From assembly GCF_009914755.1 (NCBI RefSeq), contig NC_060929.1: DNA of 64,000 nt, one strand, 5' to 3'. Below the pieces are notes generated by a model, which worked only from the letters and a program-made list of their open reading frames with translations, made no database searches and had not been told where the DNA came from. Positions 1-19,237 of this stretch are shown in pieces (positions within the stretch are counted from its first letter, which is position 1; every line of letters begins with the position of its first letter). The stretch comes from the human T2T-CHM13v2.0 reference genome, Homo sapiens. The translations under genes were made by a program, and so were the position numbers.

Positions 1-1463
1 GGACTAAGTCATACAGGTAAATTAATCCCATAAATTGCTCTCAAAAGGAATCTGAATCTCAGGGCTGATGTTGGTGTGCCAGCAACACACGTTCCTGATG
101 GGTCATAATGTTTAATGAGATGCATGGGAACCTCTGAATTGGATGAATATTCAAGTGATCTTCAGGGAAATCCTGAATTAGAATCAGCTCCAATAATTTA
201 ATTGAAAGGTCACATAACTGAGTGACTATTATAAAATCTATAATATAATGGAAGCACTGTACTCGCACAAGTGGCAGTTAAGAACTTTAGGTCAAGGGCT
301 TATCTCATTTTTAGACTCATAATAAGACAATACTCTTTACTTTTAGAAAATGTCAACATTCCTCTAAGGAAAAATTACTATATTACTTAAGAGAAAACAT
401 TTGCACTTTTTCTATTAACTATATCCGAAGAGGGTAAGGAAGGCGTATATCACATCTGTAGAAACATTTTTTAAAAAAATACTTGGAATACTATATGTTT
501 TTGCCAATCCTTAGAAGTGATCAACGGTTCTTGCAGATACTGATTCTATTATTAGAAAACAGCTTTTGATTTACCTGTTTGTCCAACAGGGGTCTCCGCT
601 TTTGTTGTTTTGTACTTGTATTACTTTTATTCTTAAAAAACTAGTGAAAGCAAAACTTCAAATACAACTTCACCTAAGTGAAGAATGTTTACAACATTTA
701 ATGGTCATTTAGTGAATAAACTTAACCAACATAATAAGAATTAATTCAATTTTTTCATTAGAAAGTTGTTATCAGTTTCCAAGCAAAAACTATGCATTTA
801 TATAACCCTGTTAGTCAAATTTACTTTCATATACTTCAGGGAATAATGTCCACTGCATACCCTCAAAACTAACAATATAGGACACAGCCAATTTTAAAAT
901 TAAAATATTTTGAACATTGTCTACTCTGATTATAATTAGCACAGATGTTATTTACTTTTCCTTTATTCTCATCAAATGTAGATTAAAAATAAAACTGAAT
1001 TTCTGCCATCAAGATAATTAACATTTTATAATATAGTTCCATGTCATTGATATCCAACCTGTTCTTTATTTAAATAAAAATTTATTTCATTTTTTAAAAA
1101 TTGTATTTTAAAGTTTTCATGCCTATCAAACGCCCATTCTTAGGCACTATCCAATTATTTTCCATATCTAGGTATACATACAACCTGCCCATCCCTTCTC
1201 TGCTTGAGTTCCAATTAACTCAGAAATTCAGCAGGCTCCTTATGACTGCAATGTCAGTATCCTTCAAAGTCTTCTGCTCCACGTTGAAGTAACATATTAG
1301 TGATCTCAAAATAGTTCTTAAAATTTTCTTTCTATTATGCCCCTTTACAAGCATAAGTTAATTGGCCCAAGGCCAATATTTAAAAAAAAAAAAAAAAAAG
1401 GCCACATGACCTAAAAACGAAATGCTGCTTTTTTATAATTTTTAAATGTAATGTTTCCTGTAA

Positions 1464-1792
<329 letters not shown>

Positions 1793-2058
1793 AAAATAAA
1801 TAGTAACTTTCTAATAACATATATATATATACCTATATGTTTGTACCTATATATGTTCCACATTTTTTGTGTGGATTTTAGACACCCCTAAAATACATTA
1901 AATAAACTAGAAGCATTCAAATAACAAATAAAAATAATGATGGACAGTCATGTGATAAGCCAGAAAAACAATGAAGTCAGATGTGTCATTGTGAAAGACT
2001 CTTTATCTCCGTGACAGAAGTAATATGAAATGTGCAATAGCCAAAATATTTAAAATCA

Positions 2059-5960
<3,902 letters not shown>

Positions 5961-6219
5961 GAGTTCTACAAATGTTTAGGTTGCACTACTACTGTTTGAA
6001 TAAAGATATTGCTTGATAACTAAAAAAAGAAAGAATGAATAAATGTATACTTAATTATTTAATACCTTCCTTCTCCATCCCACAAGATGTGAGCTCCATA
6101 ATGGAAGGGCTGTGTTTGCCTTGGTTTCTGCTGTATATCCTGGTTTTGTACAGTACACTATGCCTATGTAGCTGCTAAATGAAAAAATAAAGGATTAACT
6201 AAACTTATTAAAAAAAAAA
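5961..6219 (+). other. L1 3'-transduced sequence ending in a second poly(A)
   Basis: Lies between the L1 poly(A) and the right TSD (6220-6236). AATAAA at 6186-6191 is followed 18 nt later by A10. Confidence 0.85.
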
Positions 6220-7543
6220 GAAAAACTTGACTCTTTCACGACAGATGGTGAACAGTAAGGCTATTCTCAACTTATATCAATAATGGGGTAGAAAAGTTGG
6301 CAGTGCGGTAACACTGAGCAACAGAAACACACGAATTTATTGAGTGTCTAGTTCACTGGTAAATAAAATGAAAGAAATTCTGTAAAAATGTTTTCTTGAC
6401 ATATTTTTCACAGCAATCTACTGGCATTTTCTGTTCTATCCATTAAGTTACTAAACATGATGATTTCCCAGGGGTCATTTCTATATCACACTGAGACACT
6501 TGGCTCTTGTTACCTGAATCTGGAAAGAGCTTAGACTTGTGTCAAAGCACATTCTAATTTACCCTTTATCACTATCCTTTTTAAAGAAAGTTTTCAAAGT
6601 ATAAAAAGTATATTCACTTAACAACAAGTTTTACAGGTTAAAATTAGCATTAAAACAAAAATTTAAATAGTAATAGTTTAAAAGTTCATGTGTTCAAAAC
6701 AAAATTAAACTTTGGCTTCCAAATTGCTAAAATGAATTTGGACAAAGCATTGTTTTAATCTACTATAGTAAATATTTGTTTTTCATTCAAAACAGGTAAT
6801 CCAAAACAAGTCGATTTTATCAGCTAATAACTGATAATACTGAAATGAAAATAAATAAGGTTTAATTTTACGTTTTGCAATGATGTGTTACTCTAACTAA
6901 ACTGACTGGATAAAATATGTGTATTTTAGTTTTTTGTAATCTCATGCTCTATATATTTTATTGCTTTTATAAATAAATAAATCTAGAATTAAAGTTGGAC
7001 AAACTGTATAACATCAAGTAATTATAAAACTATGTTAAAATATTTAAGAATGAATTTGTGAATATAACTTTTGCTTCTTTAAAATAAAAAGGAATGACTT
7101 TATAATATGCTTAAAATATTGCTTATCTGTTTTTCTCTCTCCAGAATTAAAAAAAAACATATAAGCATATATAAGTTTAAAGTAATATAAATTATAGTTC
7201 CTGCCTAAATTTTTACCCATAACTCACTTCTTAGAACACACAGAGTTACCACTGAAATCAAAGTTAGTTACATGTTTACTGAACTGTATTGGCTGAGGTT
7301 TTGAAAATATCTACAGGCTGTATGTATGGTATCTATCCTTTTTCATCGAATAGACTATGATTTCATCATTATATTTTATAACCACTTTTTAATCCAGAAA
7401 TGCAAAATATGAGAGCTGCAAAAGTAAATATTCCACCATCCTTATGAATATTTCATTACACAATATGTTTATTTACTTACAATTTTTTTGGAAGAGCCAA
7501 ACTAATTCATTGCACATTTATTTAGTACATCTACTGTCACTAT

Positions 7544-8427
7544 TGTAGTAGGTTGAATGGTGCTCCGCCACCCCGCCCCCCAACCAAAATATATTCATGT
7601 CCAAATCCCTGGAACCTGTGAATATTACATTATTTGAAAAAGTCTCATTACAGATGTACTTAATTTAAGGACTTCTATGGTTTAGATATGGTTTATTCGG
7701 CCATGCCAAGTCTCATGTTAAAATTGATTCCCAGTGTTGAGGTGAGGCCTGGTGGAAGGTGTCTGGGATGTGGAAGCAGATCCCTCATGAACAGCTTGGT
7801 GTGCAGGAGTGAGTCCTCACTATTAGTATCCGGGATAACTGGTTGTTGAAAAGAGACTAGCACCTCCTCTCTCTCTTCTCCTTTCTCGCCCTGTAATGTC
7901 TGCTCCTCTCTGCCTGTCACCATAACTGGAAGCAGTCTGAGGCTCTTACCAGATGCAGATGCCAGCACTATGCTTCTTGTACAACCTGCAGAACTATGAG
8001 CCAAATAAACCTCTTTATAAATTATCCAGCTTCAGGTATTTCTTTACAGCAACACAAATGAACTATGGAAAGGATCTTGAGATGGGATCATCCTAGATTA
8101 CCCAGATGGGCCCTAAATCCCATAACAAGTGTCCTTCTAAGAAACAGGAGAAAAGACACAGACAAAAGCGGAGCAGGTGATGTGAAGACGGAGGCAGAAA
8201 TTGCAGTGAAGTGGTCACAAGTCAGTGAAGTCAAGGGATGCCCACAGCCAACACAAACTGAAAGAGACAAGGAAAAATTCTCTTCTAGAACCCTCAGAGA
8301 GAGCATGGCCTGGATTATGCCTTGACTTCAGACTTCTAGCCTCCAGAACTGTGAGAATTAAAAGAGTGTTGTTTTAAGCCACAGAGGTTGTGGAAACTTG
8401 TTAGAGCAGCCTCAGGAAACGAATATA
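7544..8427 (+). mobile_element. MLT1C-like MaLR solo LTR, split by an MST LTR
   Basis: Starts tgtagtaggttgaatgg...ccctggaacctgtgaatattac, resumes aaggatcttgagatgg and ends gcagcctcaggaaacgaatata. Confidence 0.8.
7672..8069 (+). mobile_element. MSTB-like MaLR solo LTR nested in the MLT1C
   Basis: ctatggtttagatatggttt...gagccaaataaacctcttt...gcaacacaaatgaacta. 5-bp TSD aagga at 7667-7671 and 8070-8074. Confidence 0.8.
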
Positions 8428-8751
8428 GCTGTAGACAGTCAAAGTGATTAGAGGATGATATAAATCAGGAAATGTGACTGACATGACTGCAATTTGCACA
8501 AATCCAAGAGGGTATGGTGCCTACATAAGGATCCTACAACATAGTTTCCATATTTTGTATAATTGAAACTGCTGTGCTGTTTTGATTGCGTTCTCTCTCT
8601 CCCTTCCTCTCTCTCTCTCCACCCCCACTTTGCTCTCTTGCTCTCTATTGCTGTATGATCCCAAAGAGCATGATGTTATTTTTATGGGTATTTATCTACT
8701 GATACTATACAGGTATTGATCCCTCATTCTGTCTTCAGCATTGCTGGAAAT

Positions 8752-8876
8752 GCAACACAAATGAACTAAGGAAAGGATCTTGAGATGGGATCATCCTAGA
8801 TTACCCAGATGGGCCCTAAATCCCATAACAAGTGTCCTTCTAAGAAACAGGAGAAAAGACACAGATAAAAGTGGAG
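8752..8876 (+). repeat. Second copy of the 125-bp segment at 8049-8173
   Basis: Direct comparison gives 122/125 identical bases. Confidence 0.95.
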
Positions 8877-10847
8877 AGAAGGATGAGTCCAGTTGAGAAT
8901 GAGTTCCTATTACAGGTGAAGAAACCATTCCAATTGCATCCAGTACATACTAAAGGAATTCAAATCCCTTTAGGGATAGAAATTACTGCTTCTCCAACCT
9001 CTGTTCTATTCCTTCTTTCATACTCACAGAAACATGATTTACTTGGAAGAAATTCGTGGAGATTCTGGGATCTCACAGAGAATGGAATCCTTCCCAGTCA
9101 CTTCTCAGTTACCTACCACAGAAAAACATTCCTAACAGATACACAAGTGAGAATTGCAAAGTGAGAAATCAATACGGGTTACAGGAAACACAAGATCTAA
9201 GACCAGAGGTGTGTAAAAGGCTGGATACATTTTGGAGATCTGAAAGGGAAAGGAAAGCGTACTCTAGACAGACAAGCCTGGATTAAAGCTTTGGGGTGAG
9301 AATAAGCACAACATGTGTGACCTGGAATAGAGAAGACCGCCCTGCCTCCTAGAGAGAAGAAGCATGGATGTGATGGGATATTAAACCCAGGCACAGGTTT
9401 CATGGAGGGAAAGGAAAGAATGCCTTACGGGACCAGTTTTCATTGGTTCTCTCATTTCCAGAATAAGAATACAACTAAGTGTGAATTAATAGTTTTAACT
9501 CTTAACCTACCACTACCCACCAAAGAGTCAGAGAGCACTAGAGTCATTTGGTGAAACAAACAGAGAAGACTAAAAAAAAAAAAAAAAAATCACAGTCTGA
9601 AAATTCAAGTAACTTAAAAATATGCTAATCTTCCTCTTCTAACAGCTCTATAAATTCTCAGAAATTTTAAAAGTACGACAACTTGCTTGAGCATTCTGGC
9701 TACAGAATATCAGACTGGTGATTATCACTCTGTAGGAACTTAACATTGATCAGTATTTTCAGTGGTTTTTTTTTTGACGATCTTATAAATAAGACTTAGT
9801 ATAACTAACTTATTGTGTTAAGATAGGCAAAGATGCAGAATGCTAAAATGTTTCTGGAAAAAAAAATCCCTAACCATTCTGTTTCTAATTTGTCTTATTC
9901 TAGTTTTGTTTTTCTTGGTAGCTGAGTACTTGCACAATTCCTCCCAACACACTTAAACACTAAATTATGAAATGAAATAGTTTCAAAGGTCCTCAGTCTT
10001 AAGCTGTCCTTTAAAGAACATCTCAAGCTTTGACAAAAACCATGGCCAATCTGTACAGTGGTTTTAATTCTTCGTTTTTACTATTGAGAAATGTATAGCT
10101 CATTCTTTTTCAAGAGCTTCTAGTAAAGCTTTAAAAGCAACCAATAATGTTGTAACATTTTAAATATTGGATTAAAACTCTAGATATTTTCTTATTTAGA
10201 TTTATGTCTAGAGAAAGAAAAAACAGGTGAGTAGATATGAAACATATCTAAATCTTGTTGAATTCTAGCAGTTGAAGATCTGCTTCAAATAAATATATTT
10301 TCTTAAAAAAAGGTATCTCACAAGAACACTATACCCAGGTATGTTTTATTTTATTTTTAAGTATGTTACTTAAAGGTTTAAAAAATTCTGTCCACGTAAT
10401 CTTGAAAATAAATTACTTGAAGATGTCTGTGAGCTTAATGAGACATGAATAACAATGCAATAATGAGGTAGTTATTGCATAAAGAAATTGCAGGTCCTTT
10501 CCTAATTCCTTGTGGACCTCAAACTTAGGAAGCCAAGTGGATTTGCAGGCTTGCCCCTTCCCCCTACATGACCAGTGCTGTCCTCTGAGCCACTGCCTCC
10601 CTTAACCTCTCCGAGTCTTTTACCCATACCCAGCATTAGATGATGGTGGTTATCATATTTGAGATGTCTTAAAATCACTGCTGTGGTTTCCTACCAGTTA
10701 TTACTAACAATGGCTAAATCATTGCCACTGTTACAACACCACACTGAAAGAATTACTAAGCAAAAGTAATTTTCTTCTACTGCAACAAAAACAGAAAAAC
10801 AAAGATCAATGTAATGGATTTTTTTCTGCCAAGGAATTTAAATAATA

Positions 10848-11158
10848 CAACTGTCCCTCAGTATTTGTGGGGGATGGATTCCAGGAACCCTGAGGGAGAT
10901 AAAAATCCTCAGATGTTCCAGTATCTTATATAAAATGGCATGATATTTGCATACAACCTATGTATAACCCCCGCCCCCCGCCACTTTACATCATCTCTAG
11001 GTTACTTCTAATACAGAATACAATGTAAACAGTTGTTATACTCTATTGTTTCTTATTAATATTTTGTATTACTTTATTGTCTTTCTTGTTCAAATATTTT
11101 CAATATCTGGTTGCTTGAATACCTAGATGTGAAACCTGTGGACAAGGAGAGTTGCCTG
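10848..11158 (+). mobile_element. MER2-like (TcMar-Tigger) non-autonomous DNA transposon
   Basis: Degenerate TIRs caactgtccctcagtatttgtggg and cctgtggacaaggagagttgcctg, flanked by TA on both sides. Confidence 0.8.
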
Positions 11159-11295
11159 TAATTTACAGCATCTTTAATATTCTTATCAAATTATTGAGAT
11201 TCTCCTTTTATTTATTTATTTCTTCTATTTGGAAATACATCTATCATCACCCCTCTCTTTGTATCATCCTATAAGGAAGAACTAAGTGTGGTTTG

Positions 11296-11591
11296 TTTTT
11301 TTTTTTAGAGACAGAGTCTTGCTATGTCACCCAGGCTGGAGTGCAGTGGTGCAATTTCGGCTTCACTGCAACCTCCACCTCCTGGGTTCAAGCAATTTTC
11401 CTGCCTCAGCCTCCCGAGTAGCTGGGACTACAGGCGCATGCTGCCACACCTGGCCAATTTTTTGTGTTTTAGTAGAGATGGAGTTTCACTGTGCTGCCCA
11501 GGGTGGTCTCGAACTTCTTGAGTTCAGGCAATCTGCCCACCGTGGCCTCCCAAAGTGCCAGGATTATAGGCGTGAGCCACCGCACCCGGCC
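11296..11591 (-). mobile_element. Alu (old S/J type)
   Basis: Full reverse Alu. Degenerate TSD ctaagtgtg / ctatgtgtg. Confidence 0.92.
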
Positions 11592-11654
11592 CTATGTGTG
11601 TTCTTGAATTAATAATGCAATAAAGTCAGCATAAAATCTGTATGGCTTAATATA

Positions 11655-12790
<1,136 letters not shown>

Positions 12791-13049
12791 TATTTTTAAT
12801 GCAAGTATGTAAAATGGATGAAGGCAGTCAGGGAGATTTTCATTTCCGATTCTATTCTTTTCCACAATGTTTATGTGATTCATAAACTACTGTAGTGATC
12901 AGAGAGGCATTTAAAATAATATATAAAGTTTTACACATATTAGAATGTACAATTTTATAATATATGCATAACAAAAAAGTTGAATAACTCTATATGACTT
13001 TTACAATTCTAAAAAATATATGACATTTAAAACTGTTTATAAGTGAATA

Positions 13050-13500
13050 AAAAGGCTGAGTTTGCTGCTGTAAGATAAGCACAAGTTTTTCCAGAGAAGC
13101 TTGAACTTGAATCCTGATTCTGTTACTTGCTTATTATGTAACCTTGTACACATTTCTTCATATACTTTAACATTTAGTGTTCTCCTCTTTAAATTATGTA
13201 TATGCAGCATTTGGCAGTATTTGTTAATTGTGAAAATTAAGCAAAATACTCTACATAGAGGCCTCTGCATATTGACTGAATAAAAAAATCATAATCGAAA
13301 TCACAATATTAATATGGCAAACAGCAAAGAGAATAATGAAAGTAAAAATAGCAGCTTAGATTTCCTGTGCAGTCCCTATTACAGGATGAGCAACATTGTG
13401 GTGAGCCCTTTACATGTATTGTTGAGTGCGATCTTTACAGCATACCTCTAAGGTAGGTGCCCTTATTGTCCCATTTCACAGAGGAGGAAAAGTTAACTTG
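13050..13500. mobile_element. MIR fragments
   Basis: MIR-core-like segments ttgaatcctgattctgttacttg (+) and attgtcccatttcacagaggaggaaa (-). Confidence 0.5.
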
Positions 13501-13929
13501 TAGAAAGAAAATACTTCATAGGCAGTAGACAGCTAGTTATCGCAAGACAAAAGCCCCTGAAGTTCAGACCTGAAGGCCCATGGCATTTTATCTTATCCAT
13601 CCTATCCAGAAAGTTGAATGCCTTCCCTGAGCCAGGAAATCTCCACAACAGTAAGTAAATACCTCTTCATACTCTTATAATATTTAACATTGGAGTAAAT
13701 CCAAGGACAGCCAAAAAAAAAAAAAAATGACTCAGGCAAATGGAGATGGTCTTAAAGATGAATCCAGCTAATGCAGGGAGGATTAGAAATTAAAGAAACC
13801 TCTAAGTCTGCACAGATAGGGGCCAACATTAATTATGATTAAACATTGGAAATAATGTTCAATCTATTTTCTCTGAAATAGGTTCTTTGGTAAATAAAAC
13901 AGTTTGTGTTTATATTTTTTCTGGTTCTC

Positions 13930-14288
13930 TGAGATAGTTAAATTTTACACGTCAATTTGACTAGGCTACGGTGCCCAACTTCTTGGTCAAATGCTAGTAT
14001 AGATATTGCTGTGAACATATTTTGTCAATGTGATTAACATCTACAATCAGTTGACTTTAAGTAAAAAAGATGACCCTTGATAATAGAGTTGGGTCTCATC
14101 CAGTGAATTGAAAGCCTTAAGAGCAAAAACTGATTTCCCTGAGAAGAGGAGCCTCAAGAGTCTAACACAGAAATCCTCCCTGAATTTCCAGCCTCTTTGC
14201 CCTACACATTTTAGACTTGCCAGCACTCAAAATCACATAAGCCAATTCCTCAAAATAAATCTACTTACCCATCTATCTATTATACACA

Positions 14289-14335
<47 letters not shown>

Positions 14336-14370
14336 CCTTCTGGTTCTGTTTCTCTGGAGAACTGTAGAAC
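13930..14370 (+). mobile_element. MLT2-like (ERVL) solo LTR containing (CA)n
   Basis: gatagttaaattttacacgtcaatttgactaggcta...tggttctgtttctctggagaac. Confidence 0.75.
14284..14334 (+). repeat. (CA)n microsatellite
   Basis: About 21 pure CA units plus an interrupted start. Confidence 0.95.
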
Positions 14371-15010
14371 CCTGAGAGATAAACTCTCCTTTTCTTTTTA
14401 AATCAGTTTCCATTTATATAATTTTATTCCCTTTAATAACCGTATTTTTATTACTTTTTTAACTTTGATGCTTTTCCAGTGCTTGGTGTTACTTTGGGTT
14501 TAATTTCTGGCTTGTCTCCTAACATTCTAAAGGTCAACAGCACACAATCTAAGTATTCATAATTCAAAATGAAAAGAAAATCATGAAATTTCAGAAGACA
14601 TTTAATCAAAATTTGATTTACACCTCTAGGACTATCTTTCAACATTATAACAGAAGTTTTAAAAAGTTGAATTTCTAACGCTGTAGCAACATATAAACAA
14701 ATATTAAGTCACTTTTTTCCCCCCAAGCTTAAAAATGTGACTAAATGTGAATGGTTATTCTCTAAAGATAAAATTTTGTGTTTTGGCTGTATGTCATTCT
14801 TATTTCTAATAAGATAATATCAACCTAACATACCTAATGACAGTATTTAATACTCTTAGGAATGTTCTAGGCAACGCAGTTTAACAATTTTGTCAGTTTT
14901 TAAAATGTGAGAGAGAAGGATTATAGTCAGCAGTTCCTCAGAAATAAGGCTGAGTAAATTTAGTTGTTCCTATAGAAACCAATCATTAAAGTTTAAAAAG
15001 AAAGGATCAG

Positions 15011-16850
15011 GGATGGAGGCAGAGCCAGGTGGCTGAATAGAAGCCTCCACCAATTGTCCTCCCTGCAAGAACACCAGACCGAACAACTATCCACACAACA
15101 AAGCAAACATCATAAGAACCAAAAATCAGCTTAGGTAGCAGCTCAGCCACAGTTGGGTAGAGCACCAAGCAGGCTCCTGAGAGCCCGATTCCAGGCCTTG
15201 GCTCTTGGACAGTGTTTCTTGACCTGTACTGGACCAGAGGGGAGACCGCTGCCCTGAAGGGAGAGTCCCAGGCCTGGCAGCACTCACCACAAGTTGATGA
15301 CTCAAGGGCCCTGGGGCCTCGAATGAACATTGGCTGTAGCCAGGCAGTACTCACTGTGAGCCTGGGGCAGTGGTGGCCATGGGGAGAGAGTCCACTGGTT
15401 GTGGAAAGGGGAGGAAAGGGTGGGAAGGACTTTGTCTTGTGCCTTCTGTGCCAGCTCAGCCACAGCAGAAGAGAGTACCTCGGGACCAGGAGGGAATTTG
15501 CCACCCTGAAGCAAACGACACAAGCCTGGCTGGCTTTGTCACCTGCTGATTGTAGACCCCTAAGGCCTTTAGCAAACATACAAGGTAGCCAGGCAGTGGT
15601 TACTGTGGGCCTTGAGTGAGATCCAGTGCTGTGCTGGCTTCAGGTCTGACCCAGTGCTATCCCAGTGTTGGTGGCCACAGAGGTGCTTGTGTCACCCCCT
15701 CCCCCAGCTCCAGGCAGCTCAGAGCAGAGAGAGAGAGACTGCGTTTGTTTGGGAGAAAGTAGGGGAAGAGATCCTGAGAATTCTTCTGCATATTATCCAA
15801 GACCATACAAGTCAATAATGAGGGGAATTTTGGAAACTACACAAATACATGGAACTTAAACAAAATGCTCGTGAATGACTAGTGAGTCAGTGAAGAAATT
15901 AAGAAGGAAATTTAAAAAATTCTTGAGAAAAATGATAATGGCAAGTAGGTCTATGAAAAGGTGCTCATAGCATTGATCATCAGAGAAATGCAAATCAAAA
16001 TTACAAAATATAGGCAATATTATTACAAATGCCAGTGAGGACGTGGAGGAAAGGCAACCCTTGTATTATACACTGTTGGTGGGAATGTATTTATCAGTAC
16101 AACCACTATGGAAAACAATTTGGAGGTTCCTCAAAAAACTAAAATAGAACTACCAGATGATCCAGAAATCCCACTGCTAGGTATATACCCAAAGGAAAGG
16201 AAATCAGTATATCGAAGAGACAGCTGCACTCCCATGTTTATTGCAGCACAATTCACGATAGCCAAGATTTGGAAGCAAACTAAGTGTTCATCTACAGATG
16301 AATGGATTTTTAAAGTGTGGTACATATGGACAATGGAGTACTATTCAGTCATAAAAAAGAATGAGATCCTGTCATTTGCAATAACATGGATGGAGCTGGA
16401 GATCATTATGTTAAATGAAATAAGCCAGACACAGAAAGATAAACTTTGCATATTCTCACTTATTTACAGGAGCACTTATTTACGGAGATAGAGAGTAGAA
16501 TGATGGTTACCAGAGGCTGAAAAGGGTAGTGCAGGGGGTAGTGGGGTGGGGAGTGGGGATGGTTAATGAGCATAAAAATATAGGTAGATAGAATGAATAA
16601 GATCTAAAGTTGGATAGCACAGCAGGGTAACTGCAGTCAACAATAATTTATTGTACATTTAAAAATAACTAAAAGAGTATAATTGGATCATTTCTAACAC
16701 ATAGGGTAAATGCTTGAGAAGATGGATACCCCACTTTCTGTGATGGGATTATTACACATTGTATGCCTGAATGAAAATATCTCATATGTGCCATGAATAT
16801 ATACACCTACTATGAACCCACTAAAATTAAAACTTAAAAGAAATAAAAGA
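15011..16850 (+). mobile_element. L1MA2/3-like element with both ends but most of its interior deleted
   Basis: L1M 5'UTR start (gagccaggtggctgaatagaagcctccacc), a short EN fragment at about 15810-15940, ORF2 C-terminus (ORF 16108..16491) and L1MA 3' end. Probable TSD aaaggatcag / aaaagatcag. Confidence 0.8.
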
Positions 16851-19237
16851 TCAGTTCAGTACAGACAGTGCACATCCAGTTTTGACAAACTTGAAAATAT
16901 GTTTATACAGAACAGGATAAAATAAAGGCTATGGGATAGTTGGGATTTTAAAAGTTACAACGCATGACAATGCACATATGAATATAAATTTTAGTATTAT
17001 TGAGATGTACACCAAATTTAGTTCTCAATAATCACATTTTCAGGGTCTCATAGAAGTTTTTATAAAAATGGATGAAAAACATAGCAAAGTACAGAAAAAT
17101 AACCATGAAGGTAGTTAAAGTGAAAAAGAGATGTTATGACCATGATTTCCAATTGATGATTGGTGACCTTCATTGATTGGTGACCTAGTATGCATTTCTT
17201 TGATTCTGTTCTTAAGGAGTAGCCTCATTTTTGTTCATGTATCAACACCTTAGTCCCATAGCTCATAATCTTCAAAGAAAGCTAAAATAAATCTCATACT
17301 CCATGGGACAGTCTTGATTGGCTGAGTTTTTCAACAAAAACAGAAGGGATCTAAGTCTGTCCAGCCAGAGTGATCTTGGGACTCTTGCTTTGAAAGCATT
17401 TTTGTGCCCTCTCTGGTCATGCATAAGGATGCATATGGCCACAGTAGCTGTTGGCAGACATATTACAGCCATGGAGAAACCAGTGTTAATACTAAGATAA
17501 ATTTTCTGCCACAGAAGATAGAACAGAAATATTGGAAAGGAATAACAGAAACCAGACTTTTAGAAATATCATTGAGCCAACCATTCTCAACTCTGTGTGA
17601 GTTGTTATTTAATCTATATTTAAATGATATTTAATCTATATTAAATTGAATTTTCTGTTACCTAGAACTAAGGAATCAGGTCACAATACATAATAACTAT
17701 TTTTGAATATATGTGTTGATAGATATTAACACATGCAACTGAAAACATAATGGTCTTAAGGCTGTACCATGAGAGATTAAAATTTTATTTAACAATAAGA
17801 TTTTATTATTTTAATTGTTTATGCCAAGTCTGATTTTACAGTTTGGGGGCAAGATGATAGATTATACAACTACATTCATAGATATGTATGTCAAGATGTA
17901 AAGATATTATTTTTCACTCCTGTGATAGTTTAATTCTTAAACCTGTCTAAAGAGAAAGATGAGTATACAATTTTCCAAAGTGCCTACTGGCACCATGATC
18001 CTGTTCTACAGCAAAGTTTATTTTAGTAAAAATATGAAAAAACACATCCATATAACAGGAATTTAAATTACAATTATTTGTCTCACAGTTAAACATCACT
18101 ATCACACACCTATCAAAAAGGAAGTTTAATTTTGTTTTAAAAAAAGGAAACGTAAGCACTATTTGGTCTTTCCACTAATGTCTTGGTAAACTGACCAAAG
18201 CCACATCTTTAGAAGCAGTGATTTTTTTTTCCCTGTTCCTCTGAGAATCTACAAATAATTACTTCTATCTCATTTTTAAATATTGTAGCATTTTTTTGGT
18301 TTTTATATATTAGGTTTTAATATTTGAGCCTGATTAAAGTATATTTATGAACAAGAATATACTCGATAAAACAATTAGTAAAGTTGCTCCAGGCACTAGA
18401 GGGAAAATATGTATTTATGTATAAAACAAGAGATAAATTTGTAGCAAATGTAAGGTAAACAAAAATGAGAATGTGAAGTTCTATTTCAGACCCCAAGGAA
18501 ATAAAATACTAAAATCAGAATGCACAACCAACCCTTGTTCATTAGAAAATAATGTGATAAAATATCATTTATTTTCAAAATGCGTGAGTTATAGAATAAA
18601 TTGAGCATAGTCAGCCATGCAGAATTAAACTCCACAAGAAAACAAGAAAGAAATCTAAAAGATATCTGTAGCATGGGTAAGAAAATAAAAAATTCACCAT
18701 AAACAGAAATGATGTTTTTGTGTAACTAAAATTAAATATTTCAAAAGCTAGAGAAAATATCTAATTACTCTGTTTCCTGTATGTATACACAAAATACATA
18801 TTTGTTTTATGAATGACTTTTAACTTGCTAATATAAAACCACAGCTTCAACTCTTTACTACTGCTAGCCCATATTCTATTATTAACCTTTGTATATGAAA
18901 ATAGTATTTTTCTTAGGTGTACTTCTTCAATGTCAAAGCTAGTAATGTAAATGATTAAAATATTAAAAGATTTAAAGGGAACTGGTGAATGTATGGATGC
19001 ATTGGTAAGCCAAATCACCATTTTCTTCTTCTCTATGGACATCACAGAGTTCATAATAAATATTTTATAAGCTATATGTCCAGTGACCTCTATCATCACT
19101 ACCAGTTGGAATCAACTGATAAGAGGTCACATACACAGCTTTATATTTAAGTAAATTACAATAATTTTAACTTTATAAATATATGAAGAACAGTATGGCT
19201 TTTGTATTTTGATGTTTTAATATGATTGTCAAAAGGA

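Noticed and set aside
15007-15859. Overlapping 64-190 aa ORFs
   Set aside because: GC-richer L1M 5'UTR with few stop codons and no recognisable protein.
17157-17186. Repeated tgattggtgacct (CCAAT plus nuclear-receptor half-site), and similar 12-16 bp duplications near 20822, 34330 and 53781
   Set aside because: Ordinary slippage micro-duplications with no support for function.
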